Source of the DNA: Candidatus Nomurabacteria bacterium
GTDB lineage: Bacteria; Patescibacteriota; Minisyncoccia; Phycocordibacterales; CALRBL01
Assembly: GCA_963834935.1 (NCBI GenBank)
Contig: CAWIDS010000003.1
Location: 37,999 to 101,998, forward strand
Direction of reading: 5' to 3'
DNA: 64,000 nucleotides
The stretch's first letter is position 1. The number at the start of each line of letters is the position of its first letter. A program made the translations under genes and the position numbers. Shown in pieces: positions 46,454 to 55,226 of the stretch. The notes under the pieces were generated by a model. That model had not been told where the DNA came from. It did not search any database and saw nothing but the letters and a program-made list of their open reading frames with translations.

Positions 46454-46502
46454 ATGTTTTTATTTGAATATTATTATTGATAGAAGTACATTATAGCACA
46501 CC

Positions 46503-47486
46503 TTATTTAGAGGCAATATCGATAACGGCAAGCTCAAGCGGCAATTCTGCCAAAGGGCTCATCTTCATGTCCTGATAGGCTGAAAGAAGGCGTAGCAGCG
46601 TCTGAGACGAAATGACAGGGTTCTTCGGCAAATCCGGCGTAGTGACCGATGAAAGCAAGAGGCTGCGGAAACGTTCAATCAGTATTTCCGCGCATTTGAT
46701 CATATCGATTCCTTTTTCCTGAAGCTTCTTTATTATCTTAAGTGCTTCAGGAGCATCTTTGGAAACGATGGCATCGACAAGCGATTGCATGAGGCTCTCC
46801 TTAGGCGCGCCGAGGATTGTCTCAGCTTCAGACAAAGAGATCTTCTTGTCATTCGAAGCGGAAATTATCTTTTCCAAAGTGCCGTAGCTGTCGCGAAACG
46901 AACCATCCCCGAAAAGAGCGATCAGGTCAGAAACTCCTTCTTCGAGCTTCACTTCTTCTTTCTTGGCTGCATCTTCGATCACTTCTTTCAGCACGGCGCG
47001 CGATGGCTTCTTAAAGATGAAAGTCTGGCATCGCGAAAGGATAGTATCGGGTACTTTTTCTATCTCGGTAGTAGCAAGGATGAAGATGACATGCGCAGGA
47101 GGCTCTTCCAGAGTCTTCAGGAATGCATTCCAGGCCGATTTCGAAAGCATATGGACCTCGTCAAGAATATATATCTTGTAATCCGAGCGGAACGGCAGAG
47201 TGTAGACGCCATCGTTCAATTCCTTTATGTTCTCGACGCTCGTATGCGACGCAGCATCGATCTCATAGATGTCATCAGGAGAAACACCGAGCGTGTCGGC
47301 AAAGATCCGAGCAATGCTCGTCTTGCCTGTTCCCCGTGATCCGGAAAAAAGATAGGCATGTGAAATCTTCTTGTTTTTTATCGCACCTTCAAGGGCGATG
47401 ACTGCCTGTTCTTGCCCGACTACTTCCTTGAACGTGTGTGGGCGGTATTTCCGATAAAGGGCTTGGTGAGGGGTAATATTTTTCAT
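46503..47486 (-). CDS. dnaX: DNA polymerase III subunit gamma/tau (short form)
   Basis: YRPHTFKEVVGQE...HAYLFSGSRGTGKTS. Confidence 0.85.
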   Translation of the reverse strand: MKNITPHQALYRKYRPHTFKEVVGQEQAVIALEGAIKNKKISHAYLFSGSRGTGKTSIARIFADTLGVSPDDIYEIDAASHTSVENIKELNDGVYTLPFRSDYKIYILDEVHMLSKSAWNAFLKTLEEPPAHVIFILATTEIEKVPDTILSRCQTFIFKKPSRAVLKEVIEDAAKKEEVKLEEGVSDLIALFGDGSFRDSYGTLEKIISASNDKKISLSEAETILGAPKESLMQSLVDAIVSKDAPEALKIIKKLQEKGIDMIKCAEILIERFRSLLLSSVTTPDLPKNPVISSQTLLRLLSAYQDMKMSPLAELPLELAVIDIASK

Positions 47487-48319
47487 ATCATAATTGCCTG
47501 AAGCTCTGCCAAGGCCCTATCGCCTTCGGCCTGAGTGGGCGCTTTGCCGTGCCACTCGAATTTCTTCTCGAATTCCTTCACTCCTTTGCCAGGAATGGTA
47601 TTTGCGAGGATGACCACCGGCCGATTATGGATCGACTTCGCTTCTTCGACAGTGGAAATTATCTCGTCGAAATTATGCCCATTTATCTCGAAGACATGCC
47701 AATTGAATGACTGCCACTTGTCTGAAAGCGGCTCGAGCGGCATGACATTCTCGGTGAAGCCGTCGATCTGGATATTGTTGCGATCGACGATAGCGATCAG
47801 GTTGCTTAGTTTTTCCTTGCCAGCAAGCATGATTGCCTCCCAATTCTGGCCTTCGTCCAGCTCTCCATCGCCAAGGAAACAATAGACGAAGCGCTCCTCA
47901 TTATTGTCATGACGGAGCGAGAGGGCCATGCCGACTGCCTGCGAAAGGCCTGAGCCAAGCGGTCCTGAGCTTGTTTCAAGTATCGACAGGAATTCTCGAT
48001 GAGGATGGCCTTGGAGGCGCGAGCCGAATTTTCGCAAAGTCTGCAATTCTTCTACCGGGAAATAACCTGCATGCGCCATAGCCGCGTAAAGGACCGGACA
48101 AATGTGGCCATTCGAGAGCACTACCAAATCCCGTTCCGCCCAAGTGGGATTCTTCGGGTCATGACGCAAAAGATAGAAATAGAAGGCAGTGAAAACATCT
48201 GCCATGCCAAGAGGGCCGGCAGTATGTCCCGACTTGGCTTCCACTAGCATCCTAATGATGGATTGCCGCACGCCGTTAGCCTTGATCTCCAATTCTTGCC
48301 TTTCGTTATCGGTAATCAT
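47483..48319 (-). CDS. Transketolase, N-terminal (thiamine-diphosphate-binding) subunit
   Basis: GHTAGPLG, GDGELDEGQNWEA; 278 aa, the split form. The C-terminal subunit is not adjacent. Confidence 0.85.
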   Translation of the reverse strand: MITDNERQELEIKANGVRQSIIRMLVEAKSGHTAGPLGMADVFTAFYFYLLRHDPKNPTWAERDLVVLSNGHICPVLYAAMAHAGYFPVEELQTLRKFGSRLQGHPHREFLSILETSSGPLGSGLSQAVGMALSLRHDNNEERFVYCFLGDGELDEGQNWEAIMLAGKEKLSNLIAIVDRNNIQIDGFTENVMPLEPLSDKWQSFNWHVFEINGHNFDEIISTVEEAKSIHNRPVVILANTIPGKGVKEFEKKFEWHGKAPTQAEGDRALAELQAIMI

Positions 48320-48353
48320 AGTATTATTCTAACATACGTTATATAATTTTTAT

Positions 48354-49109
48354 ATGAAAAAAAATCCTTCCTTCTGGCTCTCGTTGATTGTTATCCTTGC
48401 GGTCGGCGGAACGTTCATCTATCTGATTCTCATAACCACCCAGAAGATAGTGAAGCAAGCGGCAGCCCTCCCCCAGAACGCGACTTCGACGGCAGAGGAT
48501 ACCAATCCATGCAGCCAAGTGGACGTTCCGGGGCCTTCGTACAATATCCACGTGAAAGATGGCTTGCCCAATTACACCATTCAGGCTTACGTGAGCCACA
48601 AGAATAATTCAACAAGCACCGATTGCTATCAGGTGATAAATAATTCCAATTCGACGAGATATCTTCTGGAAAGTGGAGAGGATGATTCTGGCAATCCAGT
48701 TTATGAGAGTGCCACTGATTCATCTGATGACGGCGCAGTGCAGGCAGGCGATTTCAATTTCGACGGGTATAAGGACATAATGATTACCGTTAGCACTGGC
48801 GCTACAGGAAACACCGACAATGACTTTTTCCTTTATAATCCATCCACTAAGAAATTCGAATTCGACCAAGCTCTGACTGGGGCAGACATAACCGGGCTGG
48901 ATCAGAATGGAAATCTCTATTATTTCAGCAATTGGTGCGCGGGATGCGGCATAACTCAGACATACAAATATGTGAACGGCAAGCTTACCATGACCAAATC
49001 AGTAAGCGATGATGTGAATCGGACAACTGGCAAATGGACGGAAACGATTGTGGATTATTCTGACGGAAAATACTCGACAACGACAAAAAGCATCGATCCT
49101 CAGTATTAA
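48354..49109 (+). CDS. Hypothetical membrane-anchored/secreted protein (251 aa)
   Basis: N-terminal transmembrane helix; Ser/Thr/Asn-rich; unknown family. Confidence 0.55.
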   Translation: MKKNPSFWLSLIVILAVGGTFIYLILITTQKIVKQAAALPQNATSTAEDTNPCSQVDVPGPSYNIHVKDGLPNYTIQAYVSHKNNSTSTDCYQVINNSNSTRYLLESGEDDSGNPVYESATDSSDDGAVQAGDFNFDGYKDIMITVSTGATGNTDNDFFLYNPSTKKFEFDQALTGADITGLDQNGNLYYFSNWCAGCGITQTYKYVNGKLTMTKSVSDDVNRTTGKWTETIVDYSDGKYSTTTKSIDPQY

Positions 49110-49118
49110 CCTGCCGTA

Positions 49119-49787
49119 TCAGAGGGCTTCAAAGAAACGGAATGCTTCGCCAATATCATCGCTGTCAAAGAGTGCTGATCCGACAATAAGTTGAGTAGCG
49201 CCCGCAGCAGCAAGAAGAGCGGCACTGCCGACATTTACGCCGCCGTCGACGCTAATCGGCAGCTCCGGATATTTTTTCCTGATGGCTTTTATCCTTTCGA
49301 CGACTTCGGCGTCAAAGGGTTCGCCTTGGAAGCCTATGCGGCGGATTCCCATGAGCTGGACGACCTCGATGTCAGCAGCATAATCATCAAGCGCTTCGAT
49401 CGGTTGATCGAGATGCAAGGCAAGGCCCGCTCCGACTCCGCGTTCTTTCATTGCCTTGAATATGTCCTTTATCTTTTCAATATTGCCGCCGTAGTGGACA
49501 ATGATCCGCGAAGCGCCCGCGTCTATCCATCTCTCGAATTCCCTGCTCGGATTCAGGACCATCAGGTCGATCTCGAAATCGAACTTGTCCCAAAGAGGCA
49601 GTCCATCCTGCTGCGAGAGGATTTCCTCGAATTCCCCCCTATTGCCAGAGTAAGGCCATGACGCGGAACCTGTAAGCCGGCCGTCGCACGCGTCGATCTG
49701 CACTGACCTGACAAGATTCTTCACCCGATGCAGATGGCTGGCAAGATCATCGATATCCTCTGGCAGAATCGCAGGAAGGACTATCAT
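49119..49787 (-). CDS. rpe: Ribulose-phosphate 3-epimerase
   Basis: Motifs ...DLMVLNP and SVDGGVN of the Rpe TIM barrel. Confidence 0.75.
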   Translation of the reverse strand: MIVLPAILPEDIDDLASHLHRVKNLVRSVQIDACDGRLTGSASWPYSGNRGEFEEILSQQDGLPLWDKFDFEIDLMVLNPSREFERWIDAGASRIIVHYGGNIEKIKDIFKAMKERGVGAGLALHLDQPIEALDDYAADIEVVQLMGIRRIGFQGEPFDAEVVERIKAIRKKYPELPISVDGGVNVGSAALLAAAGATQLIVGSALFDSDDIGEAFRFFEAL

Positions 49788-50245
49788 ATTTCAGGTTTGC
49801 TATCTATCTTCCGTATGCGCCGGAGGTGCTTCTCTTCATTCGAGAACGGAGTCGCAAGCCAAAGCGAGACGGTATTTTCAGCTTCCTCAGCCGAAATGAA
49901 ACGCGCGCCGAGCGAAAGGATATTAGCGTCATTATGCTCCCGCGAAAGCTCTACTATCTTCATATCGCCGCCGTAATATAGTGCTGCACGCGCACCTCTG
50001 AAGCGATTGGCTGAAATGGCTTCTCCTTGGCCTGAACCGCCGATGATGATTCCCTTCGTGTCGTCGGAGGCTACTGCGATCTTTTCAGCCACCTTGTTTA
50101 TATAATCCGGATAGTCATCGTCCGCAACAAACGAAAACGCCCCGACATCTTCAACATCATACTGAGCATTCTTGAGGAATCCGATGAGTGTTTTTTTTAA
50201 TTCGAAGCCCGCATGGTCTGATCCGATGATTATTTTCATATACAT
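49784..50245 (-). CDS. rpiB: Ribose-5-phosphate isomerase B
   Basis: KIIIGSDHAGFELK N-terminus typical of RpiB/LacAB. Confidence 0.85.
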   Translation of the reverse strand: MYMKIIIGSDHAGFELKKTLIGFLKNAQYDVEDVGAFSFVADDDYPDYINKVAEKIAVASDDTKGIIIGGSGQGEAISANRFRGARAALYYGGDMKIVELSREHNDANILSLGARFISAEEAENTVSLWLATPFSNEEKHLRRIRKIDSKPEI

Positions 50246-50274
50246 ATATTATCATATAAGCTATAATAAATTAT

Positions 50275-50565
50275 ATGCAAATCAAACAAGAGATCAGAAA
50301 AGAAATTTTATTAATTCCCTTATCAATATTAATTTCAGGCCTGCTTATCAGCATTGCTATCGTGCTTGGAGCATGGATCACTGCAAAACCCGGCAATTCA
50401 CGGACACCGGCCTATGTCGCCCAGCAGCATCCGCTTCCGCCTAATTACTTGCAGCAGATGCAGCAGAACCAGGCACGTGTGGGCAGCACTACTGCCAACA
50501 TCAGTAATGCCAACCGAACCGTCGTCGGGTCAACCACAAGCATTCCCGCTGCTCAAAAAAGATAG
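50275..50565 (+). CDS. Hypothetical membrane-anchored protein (96 aa)
   Basis: Single transmembrane helix with a Gln-rich tail. Confidence 0.45.
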   Translation: MQIKQEIRKEILLIPLSILISGLLISIAIVLGAWITAKPGNSRTPAYVAQQHPLPPNYLQQMQQNQARVGSTTANISNANRTVVGSTTSIPAAQKR

Positions 50566-50577
50566 GCTCTCCTGAAA

Positions 50578-51612
50578 TTATTTTATAAATCCCCCCGTTT
50601 TGATGACATGTTCGAGAAGTGTGTGGGTGTACCCCATTTCGTTGTCATACCATGCAAGCACTTTTACGAGATTGCCTCCGACGACCCGCGTCATGGAAAG
50701 ATCAGCGATCGAGGCGTGCTTGTTGCCGACAATGTCTGAAGAAACGAGATCTTCGGTAGTGACCGTGAAGATATTCGACCAACGGTCGGTTTTGGAGGCT
50801 TCAGTGAGAATTTTATTCACCTCTTCGACAGTAGTATCGCGCTTCGCGATGAAAGTGATGTCGGCAAGCGATCCGGCTACTACCGGCACGCGTACTGAGA
50901 TGCCGTCAAATTTTCCCGCAAGCTCGGTGATGACTTTACCCACGGCTAGAGCGGCGCCAGTGGATGCCGGCACCATGTTCTGCGCTGCAGCTCTTCCCTC
51001 GCGCATGTCTTTCTTTGACGGCCCATCAACTAATGACTGAGATGCAGTGTAAGCATGAGTGGTATTCAGGACCGCCTTTTCGATACCGATCGAATCATTG
51101 AGGATCGAAATGACGGGGCTCGAGGCGTTGGTGGTACACGAGGCGTTCGAGCTAATGATCTTCTCGCTGAGCGTATCGCAATTAATGCTCATGAGGACCA
51201 TTCCTTGAGTAGCATCGGCGGCATCACCTTTAGCAGGAGCGGAAATGACTACTTTTTTCGCGCCAGCGCTGATGTGAGCCTTGGCTTTCTCATAATCAGT
51301 AAAAAGTCCTGTCGATTCCACGACTACGTCGATATCCAAATCCTTCCATGGAAGCTTGTTCGGATCCTTTTCGCTGATGTATTTCACTTCCTTTCCGGCT
51401 ACCACTAGATTTCCGTCCTTTACCGCTATTTCAAAAGGGGTAATTCCATAAACTGAATCGTATTTCAGAAGATAAGCAATATTGTCGATCGAGGTGAGGT
51501 CATTCAAGGCGATCACCTGTATTTCCTCGGGCCTTTCTTCGGCCAATTTCAAAAAAGCCCGTCCGATCCTTCCCGCGCCGTTGATGGCGACTCGCGTGAT
51601 TTTGTTTTGCAT
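50578..51612 (-). CDS. gap: Glyceraldehyde-3-phosphate dehydrogenase (type I)
   Basis: INGAGRIGR and the catalytic region SNASCTTN; start at the ATG (MQNKITRV). Confidence 0.9.
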   Translation of the reverse strand: MQNKITRVAINGAGRIGRAFLKLAEERPEEIQVIALNDLTSIDNIAYLLKYDSVYGITPFEIAVKDGNLVVAGKEVKYISEKDPNKLPWKDLDIDVVVESTGLFTDYEKAKAHISAGAKKVVISAPAKGDAADATQGMVLMSINCDTLSEKIISSNASCTTNASSPVISILNDSIGIEKAVLNTTHAYTASQSLVDGPSKKDMREGRAAAQNMVPASTGAALAVGKVITELAGKFDGISVRVPVVAGSLADITFIAKRDTTVEEVNKILTEASKTDRWSNIFTVTTEDLVSSDIVGNKHASIADLSMTRVVGGNLVKVLAWYDNEMGYTHTLLEHVIKTGGFIK

Positions 51613-51619
51613 AAGAGCA

Positions 51620-53089
51620 TTATATGCCACTGACCAACTTCTCCGCAAGGATGCGGGTGGTTTCGGGATTGGCTGAGCCTTTTGACTGCTTCATGACCTG
51701 ACCCACGAAGAACATCAGCGCGGAAGCTTTGCCCGCTTTGTAGTCGGCTACCACTGTTGGATTGGCTTCAATCAAAGCCTTGAGCATAGCTTCAAGAGCA
51801 ACATCATCATTCTTCTGCAGAAGGTCGTTCTTTTCAGCGATCGCGCGCGGGCTCCCCCCTTCATTGAACATTATTTTCAGGATGTCTTTTCCGGCGCGCG
51901 AAGAAAGCTCTTTTGCAGCCAGCATGTCGATGAGCTCGGTAAAGTCCCTTTCCCGTATCTTCGAAAGATGTTCGGACGAGCTGGCAAGCGAAATGAGATC
52001 AGAAAGGATGTAATTGGTAGCGAGGCGGACTTTTGCTTTGTCTTGCTTGAGCTCGCCCGACACTTTCTCGAGATACGAAAGAGCGGAAGTATCTCCGACA
52101 AAAAACATGATTTCCTTCTCGGTAAGATCGAAATCTGATTTTAATCGTTCCCTCTTATGCCACGGCAATTCTGGAAGCTCCTTCTTCAATTCCTCGATGC
52201 TGAATTCCTTGAGCTCGGACAGCTTGATTTTGGGGAGGTCGGGATCAGGGAAATAGCGATAATCATGCGAATCTTCCTTCTGGCGCTGCGAATACGTCGC
52301 CTGCTTGCTTTCATTCCAGCCGCGCGTCTCTTGGATGATCTTCTCGTTATTTTCAAGCGCCTCGATATGCCTTTTTACCTCGTATTCTATGGCGCGTTCG
52401 ACGGCGCGGAATGAATTGAGGTTCTTCACTTCCACTTTTGTGCCAAGTTTTTCCTTGGCTATTATATTTGTTTCTTGGCTCCGCCTCGAAACTGAAATAT
52501 TTGCTTCGACGCGCATTTCCCCTTTTTCCATGTTCGCTTCCGCGACGCCAAGCGTCTTCAGGAGCAATTGCAACTCGCGTGCGAAATCGCCCGCTTCCTT
52601 TGCGGAATGGATGGCCGGTTCAGTGACAAGCTCCATCAGCGGCACGCCAGCACGGTTGAAATCAACGAGCGAAAAATCACCTTGATCATGCGAAGAACGT
52701 GCAGTATCTTCTTCAAGATGAATGCGTGTAAGCTCGACACCATTCAGCGAGCCGCCGGAAACAAGAGGATATTTGTACTGGCTGATCTGATAGCCCTTGG
52801 GAATGTCAGGATAGAAATAGTTCTTTCGGTCGAACTCAGTGAAGTCGGCGAGCTTGCTTCCGAGCGCCACCCCGACCTTGAGGACATTTTTCACGGCCTG
52901 CTTATTGATGGTCGGTAGCGTTCCCGGATGGCCCATACAGACAGGGCAGATGTTGCTGTTGGGTTTCAATTCCCCGCTTGTCGCCTCGTTCAGGCACGCG
53001 CAAAACATCTTGGTCTTGGTATTAAGCTCGGCATGAATCTCCAAGCCGATAGTGGTTCTGTAGTTATCCGACATGAAAAGAGTATACAA
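51620..53089 (-). CDS. gatB: Asp-tRNA(Asn)/Glu-tRNA(Gln) amidotransferase subunit B
   Basis: IGLEIHAELNTKTKMFC... and a C-terminal YqeY-like domain. The start is uncertain: TTG at 53089 or ATG at 53074. Confidence 0.9.
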   Translation of the reverse strand: MYTLFMSDNYRTTIGLEIHAELNTKTKMFCACLNEATSGELKPNSNICPVCMGHPGTLPTINKQAVKNVLKVGVALGSKLADFTEFDRKNYFYPDIPKGYQISQYKYPLVSGGSLNGVELTRIHLEEDTARSSHDQGDFSLVDFNRAGVPLMELVTEPAIHSAKEAGDFARELQLLLKTLGVAEANMEKGEMRVEANISVSRRSQETNIIAKEKLGTKVEVKNLNSFRAVERAIEYEVKRHIEALENNEKIIQETRGWNESKQATYSQRQKEDSHDYRYFPDPDLPKIKLSELKEFSIEELKKELPELPWHKRERLKSDFDLTEKEIMFFVGDTSALSYLEKVSGELKQDKAKVRLATNYILSDLISLASSSEHLSKIRERDFTELIDMLAAKELSSRAGKDILKIMFNEGGSPRAIAEKNDLLQKNDDVALEAMLKALIEANPTVVADYKAGKASALMFFVGQVMKQSKGSANPETTRILAEKLVSGI

Positions 53090-53126
53090 GAAACGGGCTT
53101 AAATACAAAAAATGGAAATAAAAAAA

Positions 53127-53150
53127 CCCGGATCAATCCGGGTTATCTTG
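53127..53150 (-). terminator. Rho-independent terminator of the 53133-53642 gene
   Basis: Minus strand: cccgga-ttga-tccggg followed by ttttttt. Confidence 0.6.
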
Positions 53151-53642
53151 CTCATATTCCATTATCCGCAGCATCGTCATTCCCAAAGAGCAGCCCGCTC
53201 TTTCATTGAGCATCAGTGCTGCAAGAAAGCGCTCGGGAAGAACGAGAACAAGATAACGTTCAGGCAGGATGTTGGCGCCGTCACTAAGAGAGGACTGGCG
53301 CTCTGCCGGGAGGAGCTTTTTGAATTCCACGAATTCATCATCGCTCATCACTTCCGCCCGCGAAAGAGCATCGTCCGCAAAAGGACTGAGCAGCGCCAGA
53401 CCCGCAATCAGATCGGCTCTCGTCGCGACATGATCGAGAAAATAAACATAATCTTTCATCTCGAAATCAATCATATCATTAACATTGATTGGTCCCATAT
53501 CTCCGAAGGCCTCCTTCGGAAGGTGCCAGCCGGTGCTGCTCATCATTGAGTTGGCCTGCCGCAACGTCCTGCGCGGTACGATCACTAAGGGAAATTCCGA
53601 TTGGTTTTTCATAGGTACAGTTAACTTAAACGAGTCTAGCAT
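53133..53642 (-). CDS. Hypothetical protein (169 aa)
   Basis: ORF with its own terminator; unknown family. Confidence 0.5.
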   Translation of the reverse strand: MLDSFKLTVPMKNQSEFPLVIVPRRTLRQANSMMSSTGWHLPKEAFGDMGPINVNDMIDFEMKDYVYFLDHVATRADLIAGLALLSPFADDALSRAEVMSDDEFVEFKKLLPAERQSSLSDGANILPERYLVLVLPERFLAALMLNERAGCSLGMTMLRIMEYEQDNPD

Positions 53643-53786
53643 AATTTAAAAAACGTACCACTCGTGCGGTACATCAGGCTGATTGTAATTCTGAGCGGAT
53701 CACTTGAAAAAACCTGAAAACTCTTCTTCTATCCCCCAGTTTCTTTTGACAAAAAAGGCGGAATATATTAGATTTCTCTCTTAGAT

Positions 53787-53939
53787 ATGTCAAACAGAAA
53801 AGCACAACAGGCACGGGAGACTTACCAATCAACCATCCGGCCCGGAGGCCGAGGACAGAAGCCATCGCTTCACCAGATTGTCGATTCGCGCAAGAATCTC
53901 CAAGCCGTCACCGGCGACAGAAAGAAGGGCCGCTTGTAA
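53787..53939 (+). CDS. Candidate small basic protein (50 aa, MSNRKAQQARETYQSTIRPGGRGQKPSLHQIVDSRKNLQAVTGDRKKGRL), or alternatively a small RNA
   Basis: Lies between a TTGACA -35 at 53744 and a strong terminator at 53971-53996; there is no Shine-Dalgarno site. Confidence 0.3.
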   Translation: MSNRKAQQARETYQSTIRPGGRGQKPSLHQIVDSRKNLQAVTGDRKKGRL

Positions 53940-53970
53940 GTTCCGCTTCACATTTTTCTTTGTTCAGTCC

Positions 53971-53996
53971 CCGCCACGTAGGCGGTTTTTTATTTT
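53971..53996 (+). terminator. Rho-independent terminator
   Basis: ccgcc-acgta-ggcgg followed by ttttttatttt. Confidence 0.6.
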
Positions 53997-54024
53997 CTCA
54001 ACCTGAAAATGATATAATAGTCGG

Positions 54025-54978
54025 ATGCAGCCTTCGCGAAAGACTTCTTGGATTCCTTTGCTTCTTCTCATCGCAGTCGTTGGTGCCGGCTTCTATTACA
54101 AAGCCCCGCTGCTCAATCTCGTCCAGACGATCGAGACAAGCTTCCAGCCGAAGCCGTGCGAGAAGCCTATTACCTATTCCGTCGTCAGCTTCGATCCGCG
54201 TTTCGGTTTGAGCAAACAGGATTTTATCAATGACTTGGAACAAGCGGCATCTATCTGGCAAGGAGCGCTCAACCGTCCCCTTCTTCAGTACGTGCAGCAA
54301 GGAGGCGTAGTCAGCGTCAATCTCGTTTACGATCAAAGGCAGGCTTCCACAGTCAAACAGCAGCAGATCAGCACACACATCGACAGCAAGCGCACAGCCT
54401 ATGAATCGCTTAAAGCTGAATTCGATTCGGAAAAAGCGGCCTACGACCAGCAGAAAGCTGACCTTGATGCGAAGATAAGCGCCTATGAATCGCAAAAAAA
54501 CTCTTACCAGCAAGAAGTTGACTACTGGAACAGCCAAGGCGGCGCACAACCAGCGGAGTATGCGAAGCTGCAAGCCGAGAAGCAAAGTCTCGATAACCAG
54601 AATGCGGAGCTGACTGAGGAAGAACAGCGGGTCAACGCATCAGCAGTACAGCTCAACCAAACCGTCACTAATCTTAACGCGATGGTAAAGGATCTCAATC
54701 TCAATGTGGCTACTTATAATTCGGTTGGAGATGCCGTCGGACCAAACTTTGCCGAAGGTGAATATGTCACTGGTCCTTCGGGAAGGATGATAAATATCTA
54801 TCAATATAGCAGCCAGGACAAGCTCATCCGCGTACTTGCTCACGAGATGGGACATGCCCTCGGTCTCCAGCACATCAACAATCCGAGAGCCATCATGTAC
54901 TACTTGAATGAAGGAGTGAATGATCAGCTCACTCAGGACGATATCAATGAATTAAAACAAGTTTGCGGAACCAATTAA
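54025..54978 (+). CDS. Matrixin-like zinc metalloprotease (metzincin), membrane-anchored, with a coiled-coil spacer
   Basis: HEMGHALGLQH (HExxHxxGxxH) motif; leaderless, with TGaTATAAT at 54010-54018 lying 6 nt before the ATG. Confidence 0.8.
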   Translation: MQPSRKTSWIPLLLLIAVVGAGFYYKAPLLNLVQTIETSFQPKPCEKPITYSVVSFDPRFGLSKQDFINDLEQAASIWQGALNRPLLQYVQQGGVVSVNLVYDQRQASTVKQQQISTHIDSKRTAYESLKAEFDSEKAAYDQQKADLDAKISAYESQKNSYQQEVDYWNSQGGAQPAEYAKLQAEKQSLDNQNAELTEEEQRVNASAVQLNQTVTNLNAMVKDLNLNVATYNSVGDAVGPNFAEGEYVTGPSGRMINIYQYSSQDKLIRVLAHEMGHALGLQHINNPRAIMYYLNEGVNDQLTQDDINELKQVCGTN

Positions 54979-55031
54979 AGATACTTCAAAAAAGAGTGTT
55001 CCCTTTCTTTTTCTGAATCTTTCCTGACTGA

Positions 55032-55184
55032 TTACGCAATCGGATTCTTTCCGCGAATGATCCTGATGAGGAACATTATAATGGCGATGACGAGAAGGAT
55101 ATGAATGAATCCGCCGAGCACCGGAAAGGCAATGTAGCCGATGAGCCAAAGGATGATAAGTATGACAGCGATGGTAGTAAGCAT
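55032..55184 (-). CDS. lmo0937-family small membrane protein (50 aa, MLTTIAVILIILWLIGYIAFPVLGGFIHILLVIAIIMFLIRIIRGKNPIA)
   Basis: Matches the conserved small-membrane-protein pattern (IIVILLILWLLG...GGLIHILLVIAII) of that family. Not in the track because it is shorter than 60 aa. Confidence 0.6.
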   Translation of the reverse strand: MLTTIAVILIILWLIGYIAFPVLGGFIHILLVIAIIMFLIRIIRGKNPIA

Positions 55185-55226
55185 TTGATTTATATTAACT
55201 AATAATTCCCTATTATACTCCCGCTG

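Noticed and set aside
53787-53939. Ribosomal protein L34 identity for the 50-aa basic ORF
   Set aside because: Only a loose resemblance (RETYQST versus KRTYQPS, and a ...KKGRL tail). The conserved GFRARM core is absent and the genomic context is wrong for rpmH.
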